Origin: an uncultured Bacteroidales bacterium
Lineage (GTDB): Bacteria > Bacteroidota > Bacteroidia > Bacteroidales > JBBRXJ01
Direction: 5' to 3'
DNA: 40,121 nucleotides
NCBI GenBank assembly: GCA_964413555.1
Contig: CAYPTK010000002.1
Location: 1 to 40,121, forward strand
This document shows, piece after piece, positions 1 to 8,914 of this stretch. Under the pieces are notes generated by a model that was not told the DNA's origin, did no database searches, and worked only from the letters and a program-made list of their open reading frames with translations. The translations under genes and the position numbers were made by a program. Each line of letters begins with the position of its first letter. The stretch's first letter is position 1.

Positions 1-1
1 A

Positions 2-103
2 AAACTTGAAACAGGCACAGAAATAAACGTGCCCATCTTTATTGAAACAGGAGAAAAAATTAAAATTGATACCAAAAGCAAATCATATATTGAAAGAGCA
101 TAA
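2..103 (+). CDS. efp: Elongation factor P, C-terminal fragment (5' end lies outside the window)
   Basis: Frame 2 reads [33 protein letters not shown] followed by TAA at 101-103. This matches the conserved C-terminal OB-domain ending of EF-P. Confidence 0.8.
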   Translation, partial: KLETGTEINVPIFIETGEKIKIDTKSKSYIERA

Positions 104-216
104 TTATATTTTTTACACATTTTTTACCTGCTTTTTAATATAGGAAAAAAGAGATTTATCAATTCCAACACCGGGAAGTATCTTGTAGTATTCTCTATTG
201 CAAAAACTAACAATCA

Positions 217-1458
217 ATGGCAATTACAAAGTCAAAAAGACTTAAACTTGTAAATTTCAAATTAAACAGCCTTTTAAGCATAACCCGTGCTATTAATGAA
301 TATCATGATACTAAAAAGCTCATTGAACAATATGAAGAATTATTGCGAAACGACCTGGGTATTGGTAAAATCATTGTATTCAACTACAATGATAATGATA
401 AACAATGGATACGTATTCTTAATTCAGGATCAACAGAAGAAGACACCTGGCATAATCAAATAGATGTTGATCAACATCTGCTTCAATATGATAATATATC
501 ATTTGTCACCTCTTCTCCAAATCCCTTTTTCAAAAAGATAGATATTATTATTCCTGTTATACAAAACGAAAAACCATTGGCATTTGTTTTAATTGGTGAT
601 ATAGACGAGGATAAAGAAGGGATTAGCCCGGCCATTAAACACCTTAAATTTGTTCAAACACTATCCAACATTATCATTGTTGCCATAGAAAACATCCGGC
701 TTTTTAATGAAAGTCTAAAACAGGAGGCAATCAAAAAAGAGCTTGAGTTGGCATCCAAAATGCAAAATATGCTAATTCCGGATAAAGATAAATTGCCAAA
801 AAATAACTTAATTCACATGTATTCTTTTTACCAGCCTCATTACGAGGTAGGCGGTGATTATTATGATGTGATACAATTAAATGAAAATGAGATAGGATTT
901 TGTATAGCTGATGTTTCGGGCAAGGGTGTTTCTGCAGCGTTACTGGTGTCTAATTTCCAGGCAAATCTCCGGGCGTTATTTACATCCAGTATTTCATTGG
1001 TAGATTTGATGGGGATATTAAACGAAAGGGTATTAAGCAGTGCAAAAGGTGAAAAATTCATTACATTTTTTGTTGCAAAATTTAATTATCAAACAAAACA
1101 ATTCGAGTATGTAAATGCCGGACATAACCCTCCTTTATACTATGAAAAACAAAAAGAAACATTGCATTTTCTAAACAAGGGATGTGCCGGAATGGGGATG
1201 CTTGAAGAAATACCAATAGTAAAAAAAGGTGTTTTCACGATCAATGAGCCATCAAAATTACTCTGCTATACTGATGGGTTAGTAGAACTTTTTACAGAAA
1301 ACGGAATTGAATACGGGAACAAATTATTAGAGGAAGAAATTTCAAATAAATTATCTATTTCTGAAAACATTGATAATATTATTAAGGACAATAAAATAAA
1401 AGAAGGGAGTGACCTCATCATTGATGATATCTCTATTCTTGGTGTGGAATTTTTTTAG
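217..1458 (+). CDS. GAF-domain PP2C-type (SpoIIE/RsbU-like) serine phosphatase
   Basis: 413-aa ORF. The C-terminal half carries SpoIIE/PP2C signatures GGDYYD, ADVSGKGVSAAL, YTDGLVE and DDISILGVEF. The N-terminal ~170 aa resembles a GAF sensor domain. Confidence 0.8.
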   Translation: MAITKSKRLKLVNFKLNSLLSITRAINEYHDTKKLIEQYEELLRNDLGIGKIIVFNYNDNDKQWIRILNSGSTEEDTWHNQIDVDQHLLQYDNISFVTSSPNPFFKKIDIIIPVIQNEKPLAFVLIGDIDEDKEGISPAIKHLKFVQTLSNIIIVAIENIRLFNESLKQEAIKKELELASKMQNMLIPDKDKLPKNNLIHMYSFYQPHYEVGGDYYDVIQLNENEIGFCIADVSGKGVSAALLVSNFQANLRALFTSSISLVDLMGILNERVLSSAKGEKFITFFVAKFNYQTKQFEYVNAGHNPPLYYEKQKETLHFLNKGCAGMGMLEEIPIVKKGVFTINEPSKLLCYTDGLVELFTENGIEYGNKLLEEEISNKLSISENIDNIIKDNKIKEGSDLIIDDISILGVEFF

Positions 1459-2911
1459 CATCCTGACTCGCTAACGACTCCTGATCTTTATGATAAAGAT
1501 CAATTGCCACGATGATCCCGATAAATCCCCAAAAAAGGGCAGAAGTTTTATCTGTTGTCAAAAAATTATTCAATATTCCATGAATAAAATAGGTAAATAA
1601 ACCGATTAACACCCCCATTGTAATATTTTTCATTTCTTTGGTTTGGCACCTGTAAAATACCTTGATTCCATAGTACGCGCTCAATATCACGATTAGCAGG
1701 AATGTTAACATCCCTAATATCCCTGATTCTGCAAGTGGCCCCAAATATTCACTGTGCGCATTTCCCTTGTCTCCAAAATTGGTGCTGATGATTGTTTTTT
1801 CGTAAGACATTTGATAAGGTGCATATTGAAACATATAGGTGTTGGGCCCATATCCAAAGTAAGGTTTTTCTTTAAACATTCTCCAGGCCGATTTCCACCT
1901 GTTGATTCGTTCAAGATTTGAAGCATCGGTTGTTATATTTGCAATTGATTGAGCATGTTTTGCCAGGTCACCTGTTGATTCCTGTTTATTTTTTTCAAGG
2001 TACATCATTATCCTGTGGTTATTAAATAATGCCACGAGAAGTACGATTAAAATACCTGAAAAAATATATGCAGCATTTATTCTTAGCCTGATAACCCCCC
2101 ATACAAAAACACTTATAATTATGCTCACCCATGCTGCCCGTGTATACGATAGCACCAATGCAAAAATGTATATAATGATTAAAATAGTAATTAAAACTTT
2201 AGAGGCCCTTGTTTTATAAATTGTTAAGAAAGCAATTAAAACTGGTAACACGAATGTTAATGCAGCACCATAAGCTGTATGGTCTCTAAAAAATGGGGTA
2301 ACAGCAAAATGTGCTACTTTTTGGCTTAAAAAGCCCAATTGGAATTGTCTAAATAAGGTATAAATAATTACGGCCAGGAGGCCAAATATATATACCCAGG
2401 CATACTGTTTAATATTCTTTTTTTCTTTAAATAAATATATTCCAAAAAAATAAAATGGAACTATAAACCAAATTTTTGCAATAAAAAATTTAAATGAAAT
2501 CAACGGCATGGTACTGGTTATACTGGTAATGAATAACCAGGCAAGATATGCATAGATGGCAAGACTGATGGGATGTTTTGTAACACGATAATCATATTTT
2601 TTCTCGTAAAACATTTTCATTAAAAAAAGAAGCGCTATCCCAAATAATAAAGGTTCTGTTGGTAAAAAGAGGTCATATTTTGATTCAATACCTAAGTCAC
2701 TTAATGTAACCGATAATGGTGCCATAAAGACAATTGCAAGAAGCAATTTATCCATTGCTAAAAATGCCCAAATAATAAAAATAAGGCCTATAGGGAATGC
2801 AGCAAATAAATAATTATCCCGAAATAAAAAGAATAAATTTAAAATTACAAATACCGCGCAACTAGATATGAATACAATTAATTTTTCCTTTTCTGATAAT
2901 CTTTTGCTCAC
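1433..2911 (-). CDS. O-antigen ligase / Wzy-like polymerase family integral membrane protein
   Basis: 492-aa polytopic membrane protein. It has the Wzy_C-type motifs YTRAAWVS and NAHSEYLGPLAESGILG in and after a large loop. It is the last gene of a minus-strand operon with two Wzz-like genes. Confidence 0.75.
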   Translation of the reverse strand: MSKRLSEKEKLIVFISSCAVFVILNLFFLFRDNYLFAAFPIGLIFIIWAFLAMDKLLLAIVFMAPLSVTLSDLGIESKYDLFLPTEPLLFGIALLFLMKMFYEKKYDYRVTKHPISLAIYAYLAWLFITSITSTMPLISFKFFIAKIWFIVPFYFFGIYLFKEKKNIKQYAWVYIFGLLAVIIYTLFRQFQLGFLSQKVAHFAVTPFFRDHTAYGAALTFVLPVLIAFLTIYKTRASKVLITILIIIYIFALVLSYTRAAWVSIIISVFVWGVIRLRINAAYIFSGILIVLLVALFNNHRIMMYLEKNKQESTGDLAKHAQSIANITTDASNLERINRWKSAWRMFKEKPYFGYGPNTYMFQYAPYQMSYEKTIISTNFGDKGNAHSEYLGPLAESGILGMLTFLLIVILSAYYGIKVFYRCQTKEMKNITMGVLIGLFTYFIHGILNNFLTTDKTSALFWGFIGIIVAIDLYHKDQESLASQDAKKIPHQE

Positions 2912-2931
2912 GTTAAATAATCTTTTTTATT

Positions 2932-3894
2932 TTAAGATGTTAGATTATTAATTAAATCTTTATGTTCAATAGCAAATATCACGATTAATGCAAGTACAAA
3001 GGTTGCTGCAAATGCTATTATCATATATAAAAACCGGTCTGGGTATGACGGTTCCCGTGGCTTATGGGGGCTTTCAACCAAATAATAATAAGAAAGGTCT
3101 TTTTCATATTCAAGTAGAATATCTTCATATTCCTTTTGAATAATATTGTATTGATCTGATAAATCATAGATCCGTTTATGATAATGAATAAAATCACCTC
3201 CCTTTTCCTCGAGACTCTTCTTTAATTTATTAATATCTTTTTTATTGAGGTTCCCGGGATTTAAATTATCAATTGTCCCAAGATGTCCTTTTGTTACTTC
3301 TTCTGCCTGAACAAGATAATCAAGAAGGCCATATTTCTTGCTTAATTTCCGATGCATCGACAATGCCGAATCAAGCTCACTTTTTTTCCGGTTAAAAAAC
3401 TTCTCTTTAACTTCTACTTCACGTTTATACTTCTTTTTGTATTCATTATTTACCTTTTCATCATACAAATGAAGAATGCTATAAACTATATCAAATGCAA
3501 TGTTTGGGTTTTTATCAAACACTGCAACTTTTATGGCCTGGTATTTTGTCATTGAAATGTCTATCCATTGATCATATTTATCAAGTAATTCTGTATAATA
3601 GCCGGGTTTGGAAGTATCAATTTTATAATGTTTTACCAAATCATATTTTGTAATAACCCGGTCTTTTATTTCACGGCTGTTAAGCCATTGTAACATCTGT
3701 TCAGTATTGCTTTCTGTAGATCTTGATTTAAGATTGGCCGGGTATGCTATGGCCTCTGACTGATAACGAGGTGTAATAAAATTTTCTCCTGAAAAAAAGA
3801 ATGCCGCGATTGCTGCAATAACAGGAACTGATATAATATACCATTTCCATTTTAACATTATTTTGAATAAATAGTAATTATCATGCTTTTCCAT
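2932..3894 (-). CDS. Wzz-like polysaccharide co-polymerase / chain-length determinant, paralog 1
   Basis: 320 aa with an N-terminal TM helix, a long charged coiled-coil-like middle, a proline motif (PHKPREPSYPDR) and a C-terminal TM helix. It shares DL(V/I)KHY.IDT with ORF 5519..6541. Confidence 0.65.
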   Translation of the reverse strand: MEKHDNYYLFKIMLKWKWYIISVPVIAAIAAFFFSGENFITPRYQSEAIAYPANLKSRSTESNTEQMLQWLNSREIKDRVITKYDLVKHYKIDTSKPGYYTELLDKYDQWIDISMTKYQAIKVAVFDKNPNIAFDIVYSILHLYDEKVNNEYKKKYKREVEVKEKFFNRKKSELDSALSMHRKLSKKYGLLDYLVQAEEVTKGHLGTIDNLNPGNLNKKDINKLKKSLEEKGGDFIHYHKRIYDLSDQYNIIQKEYEDILLEYEKDLSYYYLVESPHKPREPSYPDRFLYMIIAFAATFVLALIVIFAIEHKDLINNLTS

Positions 3895-3930
3895 TGCTTG
3901 TTAATTGTGTTTTATTAATTAATAATAAAA

Positions 3931-5484
3931 TTACAGAGGGATATTTCCATGTTTACGTTGTGGTGTATTCAGATGTTTATTTGCTAATGCTTCGTATGAT
4001 TTAATTAATTTAACCCGTGTATCTGCCGGGTCAATGACTTCGTCAATAAATCCTTTCTCATCAGCAATATATGGTGTTGCTACCTCATTTCTGTATTTTA
4101 ATGTCAGTTCCTTTTTCATTATCTTAGGATCTTCGGCTGCTGCCAATTCTTTTCTGTTCAGAATAGACACGGCTCCTTCTGGCCCCATCACGGCGATTTC
4201 TGCTGTTGGCCATGCAAAATTAAAGTCTCCACCAAGATTTTTGCTGTTCATGACACAATACGCGCCACCATAAGATTTTCTTAAGATGACCGTGATCTTG
4301 GGTACTGTTGCATCGCTGAATGCATATATCAATTTAGCCCCGTGTTTAATAATTCCACCGTGTTCCTGGTTTATTCCAGGTAAAAACCCTGGTACGTCTT
4401 CCAATACAAGCAATGGAATATTAAAAGAATCGCACGTTCTTACAAATCGTGCTGCCTTCATTGAAGAATCAATATCCAGGGTCCCGGCTAACACTTTCGG
4501 CTGGTTTGACACGACACCTATTGTTCTGCCATTTAACCTGGCAAAACCAACTACTACACTGGGTGCATAATTTTCATGAATCTCGAAAAAATTACCATTG
4601 TCTACCAATAATTGAATGACATCTTTGATATCATAGGGTTTATTCGGATCATCTGGAACTACATTCCTTAATCGTTTTTCTATACGCCTGGTAGAGTCCT
4701 TTGTTTCAACATATGGTGGATTTTCCATATTGTTAGAAGGCAGGAATGATAAAAGTTTTTTTAGTCCAAGTATTGAGTTTTCTTCATCTTCATAACTAAA
4801 ATGTGCTACACCACTTTTGGCTGCATGAACTTCACTTCCCCCCAGGTCTTCATAACTCACATCTTCATTAAGTACTTCTTTAACTACATTAGGCCCGGTA
4901 ACGAACATATAACTCGTTTTGGCCGTCATGAATACAAAATCGGTAAGTGCTGGCGAATATACTGCACCCCCTGCAGCAGGGCCCAGGATGATAGATATTT
5001 GAGGTATCACACCGGATGCCTGGACATTGCGATGAAAAATACCTGCATATCCCGATAAACTGCTGATTCCTTCCTGAATTCTTGCACCGCCGGAGTCAAT
5101 TAATCCAATAATAGGTGCTCCCATTTTTAAGGCTTTGTCCTGAATTTCCTGTATTTTTCTTGCATGAGCAGAACCAAGAGACCCTCCCATAACTGTAAAA
5201 TCCTGGGCATAAGCAAAAATCAATCGTCCATTTACCTTTCCAAAACCAGTTATCACACCATCGCCATATACTTCCTGGATGGTACCATAACTAGCTTTTG
5301 AAGGTGTAACAAATGCACCGATTTCTTCAAAACTATCTTTATCAAATAATAAATTGATCCGCTCCCAGGCTGTTAATTTGCCTTTCGAGTGCTGTTTCCT
5401 GATGGTATCTTTATTCTGATACTGCTCAGTATGCTTTTCCTTGCGGTCTAAATATCTCCTAAATAATTTGCCGTTTATATCCAT
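3931..5484 (-). CDS. Acyl-CoA carboxylase carboxyltransferase subunit (propionyl-CoA carboxylase beta / methylmalonyl-CoA decarboxylase alpha family)
   Basis: 517-aa ORF with typical carboxyltransferase blocks: GKLTAWERI, VTGFGKVNGR, FAYAQDFTVMGGSLG, DSGGARIQEG, PQISIILGPAAGGAVYSPALTDF, RKSYGGAY. Confidence 0.9.
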   Translation of the reverse strand: MDINGKLFRRYLDRKEKHTEQYQNKDTIRKQHSKGKLTAWERINLLFDKDSFEEIGAFVTPSKASYGTIQEVYGDGVITGFGKVNGRLIFAYAQDFTVMGGSLGSAHARKIQEIQDKALKMGAPIIGLIDSGGARIQEGISSLSGYAGIFHRNVQASGVIPQISIILGPAAGGAVYSPALTDFVFMTAKTSYMFVTGPNVVKEVLNEDVSYEDLGGSEVHAAKSGVAHFSYEDEENSILGLKKLLSFLPSNNMENPPYVETKDSTRRIEKRLRNVVPDDPNKPYDIKDVIQLLVDNGNFFEIHENYAPSVVVGFARLNGRTIGVVSNQPKVLAGTLDIDSSMKAARFVRTCDSFNIPLLVLEDVPGFLPGINQEHGGIIKHGAKLIYAFSDATVPKITVILRKSYGGAYCVMNSKNLGGDFNFAWPTAEIAVMGPEGAVSILNRKELAAAEDPKIMKKELTLKYRNEVATPYIADEKGFIDEVIDPADTRVKLIKSYEALANKHLNTPQRKHGNIPL

Positions 5485-5518
5485 AAATTTTCATTTAGGT
5501 TATTAATTCTCCAACCTT

Positions 5519-6541
5519 TTATTTACTTTTTTTTAGAGACTCCCTTATCCTGTTATAAATAAGCATAAAAATAAGTGCTCCAACCACGGAAGAAACAACT
5601 GTAATAAATACAATTAGCCACCGTATCGGGTAACTTTTCCTTTCAGCCACGCTCGCCTGATCTATGACGAAAATGTAAGGGATATATCTCTTTGCTTCTA
5701 CTTTTGCTTCTTTATACCTGGCTTTTAAATCGCTGAGTTTTTCTTTTTCAAATTCTAAAAATTGTGTGATCGCGTAAAAATCACCACCGTATTTCCCCAG
5801 TTTTGTTAATTTCTGTTCCAGAATATTGGCGGCATTATTATTATTGTTTGCTATGGCTTCTGCATATGCAGCACTAAACACTTCAGCTTGTTTTTCATAC
5901 TCATAAACACCATATTTTCTGAGCATATTAAGTGTATCTTCCATTTGATGAATATCATTTTTCAATGAAAAATATTCGTTTTTAACTATATTAAACGCTT
6001 TTTCTGCCCTGTGTTGATGCATAAAATTCATTATTGAATCTAAAACATCTGCTGTATAATTTGCCATTTTCGCGGCCATTACCGGGTCTTCATCCATAAC
6101 ATTAATTTCTATGGCCATATATTTTGTACGTTTAAATGTGAAATTACCTTTAAATATCTTGGCAAATCTTGTTTTTGGATAATCTGATTTTAACGTGTCA
6201 ATATTATAATGTTTGATTAAATCGAAACGACTGTTTATTTCATTCATTAGTCTAGATGAATTTAACACCTGTAAAAGACGTTCAGCTTCTTCATCTTCTC
6301 CGAAATGCAGCACATCGCTTTTACTACTTGTATTCCTGCTCAAAAGAGATTTTGATACAGACGAAGAAGAAGCAGGAAATAAAATGACACTGGATTCAAA
6401 TTTCGGGGTAATTGACATTGAGACAATAGAAGATACAATACCTGCAATTATCACTACAATCAAAAATATTTTCCATCTTTTGTATACAAATTGCACCAAA
6501 TCCATTGAATCGTAAGAATGGTTATTGTTTTTATTTATCAC
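5519..6541 (-). CDS. Wzz-like polysaccharide co-polymerase / chain-length determinant, paralog 2
   Basis: 340 aa with the same architecture as 2932..3894: an N-terminal MDLVQF...TM segment, a coiled-coil middle and a C-terminal KSYPIRW plus TM segment. Confidence 0.65.
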   Translation of the reverse strand: MINKNNNHSYDSMDLVQFVYKRWKIFLIVVIIAGIVSSIVSMSITPKFESSVILFPASSSSVSKSLLSRNTSSKSDVLHFGEDEEAERLLQVLNSSRLMNEINSRFDLIKHYNIDTLKSDYPKTRFAKIFKGNFTFKRTKYMAIEINVMDEDPVMAAKMANYTADVLDSIMNFMHQHRAEKAFNIVKNEYFSLKNDIHQMEDTLNMLRKYGVYEYEKQAEVFSAAYAEAIANNNNNAANILEQKLTKLGKYGGDFYAITQFLEFEKEKLSDLKARYKEAKVEAKRYIPYIFVIDQASVAERKSYPIRWLIVFITVVSSVVGALIFMLIYNRIRESLKKSK

Positions 6542-6623
6542 GATATTTTAAAAATTTTATTCAGTTGAAAAACTGACTAAGTTTATAATAATTAATAGTT
6601 TTATAGGTATCATAACAAAACGT

Positions 6624-6631
6624 CAAAAATA
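6624..6631 (-). promoter_or_regulatory. Candidate Bacteroidota -7 box (TATTTTTG) for the wzz-carboxyltransferase-wzz-wzy operon
   Basis: The reverse complement of caaaaata equals TATTTTTG, which fits TAnnTTTG. It lies 83 nt upstream of the ATG at 6541 and just downstream of the tyrS stop. No clear -33 TTTG was found. Confidence 0.3.
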
Positions 6632-6638
6632 ACTTTTT

Positions 6639-7919
6639 TTATTTGATTTTTATCAAAAAATAATTTTTTTTCCCTTTTTGTATCAACATATATTTATTAT
6701 TGATTAACATATCAGTGGTTAAATTTATAAACGGTTCATTCACGCGTTGTTTATTTACCTGGAGCCCGTTATCCTTGATCAAACGCTTCAACTCACCTTT
6801 TGAAGCAAATACCTTGCAGTGTTCAGTCAATAAATCCAACAGGGGGATACCCCGTGATAATTGCTGCCTGTCTAATTCGAACCTGGGCACTCCTTCAAAG
6901 ATATCCAGGAATACTTGTTCGTCTAACTTTTCTAATGATTCTAATGTACCTTTTCCGAATAAGATTTTTGAGGCTTCCAATGCTGTTGTATAGTCTTCTT
7001 CCGAATGCACCATGGTCGTGACTTCCCTGGCCAGCACCGATTGCAATAATCGTTGATGAGGAGACTGGTCGTGTTCACTGGTGATTTCTTCAATTTTTTT
7101 CCGCGGTAGCAGAGTGAAAACTTTAATATACTTTTCAGCATCAGCATCGGAAACATTAATCCAAAATTGATAAAATTTATACGGGGATGTCATCCCGGGA
7201 TCTAACCAAATATTGCCTTCTTCTGTCTTTCCAAACTTCCCTCCATCAGCACGGGTAATTAGCGGGCACGTGAGGCCATAAGCTGCCTTACCTTCTTTCC
7301 TGCGTATCAATTCAGTACCTGTTAAGATATTTCCCCACTGATCAGCTCCTCCTACCTGAAGTTTACAATTTTTGGTATTAAATAAGTGATAAAAGTCATA
7401 TCCCTGTACCATTTGGTATGAAAATTCTGTAAACGACAACCCGGTTTCAAGCCTTGACTTAACAGAGTCTTTGGCCATCATATAATTTATGGTTATATGT
7501 TTTCCAATGTCACGGATGAAATCTATGAAACTAAAATCTTTCATCCAATCGTAATTATTCACTAATTCACCAGCATTTTCTCCTTTATCAAAATGCATAA
7601 TACTGTTAAGCTGTTCTTTAATTTTCAACCCGTTATCACGTATATTTTCAAGTGTCATCAGGTTACGTTCTTTGGATTTACCGGACGGGTCTCCTATCAT
7701 ACCGGTAGCACCACCCAATAACAATACAGGTTTGTGCCCGGCTACCTGTAAATGCCTCAAAAGCATGATGGAAGCCAGGTTTCCAATATGCAATGACCCG
7801 GCCGTGGGGTCAATGCCCAGGTAAAATGTTACTTGTTCTTTATCCAGCACTTCATCAAGGCCATCGACATAATCATATAATAGTCCCCGCCACTTTAATT
7901 CTTCAATTAATTTATTCAT
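6639..7919 (-). CDS. tyrS: Tyrosine--tRNA ligase
   Basis: 426 aa with the class I HIGH motif (LHIGNL), a KMSKS-type [13 protein letters not shown], and a C-terminal S4-like domain. Confidence 0.95.
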   Translation of the reverse strand: MNKLIEELKWRGLLYDYVDGLDEVLDKEQVTFYLGIDPTAGSLHIGNLASIMLLRHLQVAGHKPVLLLGGATGMIGDPSGKSKERNLMTLENIRDNGLKIKEQLNSIMHFDKGENAGELVNNYDWMKDFSFIDFIRDIGKHITINYMMAKDSVKSRLETGLSFTEFSYQMVQGYDFYHLFNTKNCKLQVGGADQWGNILTGTELIRRKEGKAAYGLTCPLITRADGGKFGKTEEGNIWLDPGMTSPYKFYQFWINVSDADAEKYIKVFTLLPRKKIEEITSEHDQSPHQRLLQSVLAREVTTMVHSEEDYTTALEASKILFGKGTLESLEKLDEQVFLDIFEGVPRFELDRQQLSRGIPLLDLLTEHCKVFASKGELKRLIKDNGLQVNKQRVNEPFINLTTDMLINNKYMLIQKGKKNYFLIKIK

Positions 7920-8485
7920 ACGTGTTCTTTTTTTTGATGGTTTTGTTCATGATTCTCTTCCTGTTTTTTTCTTTCCCTCAATTCTTTTTTTTTCTCGAGT
8001 GAATCTCGTAATTCATAAAATCTCAAATACGGAAACATGTTTGGTGCAAATTGAGATAAAGGGGTATAAAGAACAGATTTATTGATTTCTTCTTCAGGGA
8101 GAAATGAAAATTCCTGGTCTATTCTGTTCACAATAATCAGCAGTACGCTAATGATAAATGCATATAAAGCAACGCCAAACACCCCACCGATCAGGCGGTT
8201 GAATATATTCATGGAAATACTTTTAATTACTTTTGTCAAGAGCCTTGCCAGTAAATGAATCAGAATTATGATGGCTATAAATGTTATAGCAAAAGATATG
8301 ATGGGTATATATTGGTTTTCAGAATTTTTAAAAACAACATTTGTCGTGTATCCCGAAAAATGATAAGCGCCCCATATTCCAAGTATAAGTGCTGCAAACG
8401 AAGCAATCTGTACTACAAATCCTTTAGAGAATCCTTTATAGGCTCCCCATAAAAGGATTACTGCAATGGCCATATCAAAAATCAT
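7916..8485 (-). CDS. cvpA: CvpA (colicin V production) family membrane protein
   Basis: Four-TM small membrane protein with a Lys/Glu tail. I place the start at [19 protein letters not shown] (8485), not at the ORF-track start 8578. The extension overlaps a tRNA promoter box, and a TATTTTTG box sits 27 nt upstream of 8485. The stop overlaps the tyrS ATG as ATGA (7916-7919). Confidence 0.75.
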   Translation of the reverse strand: MIFDMAIAVILLWGAYKGFSKGFVVQIASFAALILGIWGAYHFSGYTTNVVFKNSENQYIPIISFAITFIAIIILIHLLARLLTKVIKSISMNIFNRLIGGVFGVALYAFIISVLLIIVNRIDQEFSFLPEEEINKSVLYTPLSQFAPNMFPYLRFYELRDSLEKKKELRERKKQEENHEQNHQKKEHV

Positions 8486-8511
8486 AAATTCAGATATAAA
8501 AGTTTTAATGG

Positions 8512-8519
8512 CAAAAATA
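8512..8519 (-). promoter_or_regulatory. Candidate -7 box (TATTTTTG) for cvpA-tyrS
   Basis: The reverse complement of caaaaata fits TAnnTTTG. It lies 27 nt upstream of the proposed cvpA ATG. Confidence 0.35.
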
Positions 8520-8567
8520 AACTTGTTTATAGAAAAATGAAAATTTTTTATTTTAATTTCTTTTAAA

Positions 8568-8575
8568 TAAATTTG
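8568..8575 (+). promoter_or_regulatory. Candidate -7 box (TAAATTTG, followed by CAC) for tRNA-Arg
   Basis: Fits TAnnTTTG. It ends 29 nt upstream of the mature tRNA 5' end and shares the TTTGCAC extension with the rpsP and recX boxes. Confidence 0.4.
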
Positions 8576-8604
8576 CACCTGCCCGCTGGTAACACATTTT
8601 AACC

Positions 8605-8676
8605 GGCCTCATAGTTCAAGGGATAGAATAGGAGTTTCCTAAACTCTAGATCCAGGTTCGAGTCCTGGTGAGGCCA
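8605..8676 (+). tRNA. tRNA-Arg (anticodon CCU)
   Basis: Hand-folded cloverleaf. Acceptor stem GGCCTCA/TGAGGCC, D stem GTTC/GAAT, anticodon stem GGAGT/ACTCT with loop TTCCTAA (CCT), T stem CCAGG/CCTGG with loop TTCGAGT, discriminator A. No encoded CCA. Confidence 0.9.
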
Positions 8677-8914
8677 CTTTTATGTCGATATTTTTGAATT
8701 TTAAAATTTTGAATTAAAGGTGTGTTTATTTCGTTTATTTATTCCACCCTTCAACAATAATGTGTAGCCAATAATTGCGTTACCATAATTTACCATCAAA
8801 TGGTAGCCTATTATTCTGTTTTTCCACCACGGATATATTCAATGTTTATTTTGGATTCAAATATCCTCCTCAATTTGCTCATTTTTTAATAATTCAATAA
8901 AAGACCACGTATCA

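Noticed and set aside
1433-1458. 26-nt convergent overlap of the phosphatase and Wzy-like ORFs
   Set aside because: Short 3' overlaps of convergent genes are common. The overlapping Wzy-like tail is hydrophilic and unconserved-looking, and nothing suggests regulation.
8486-8578. N-terminal 31-aa extension of the cvpA ORF (MQIYLKEIKIKNFHF...)
   Set aside because: The extension covers the TAAATTTGCAC box for the divergent tRNA and the TATTTTTG box for cvpA itself. It is Lys/Ile/Phe-rich AT-driven sequence, and CvpA proteins start at the first TM helix.
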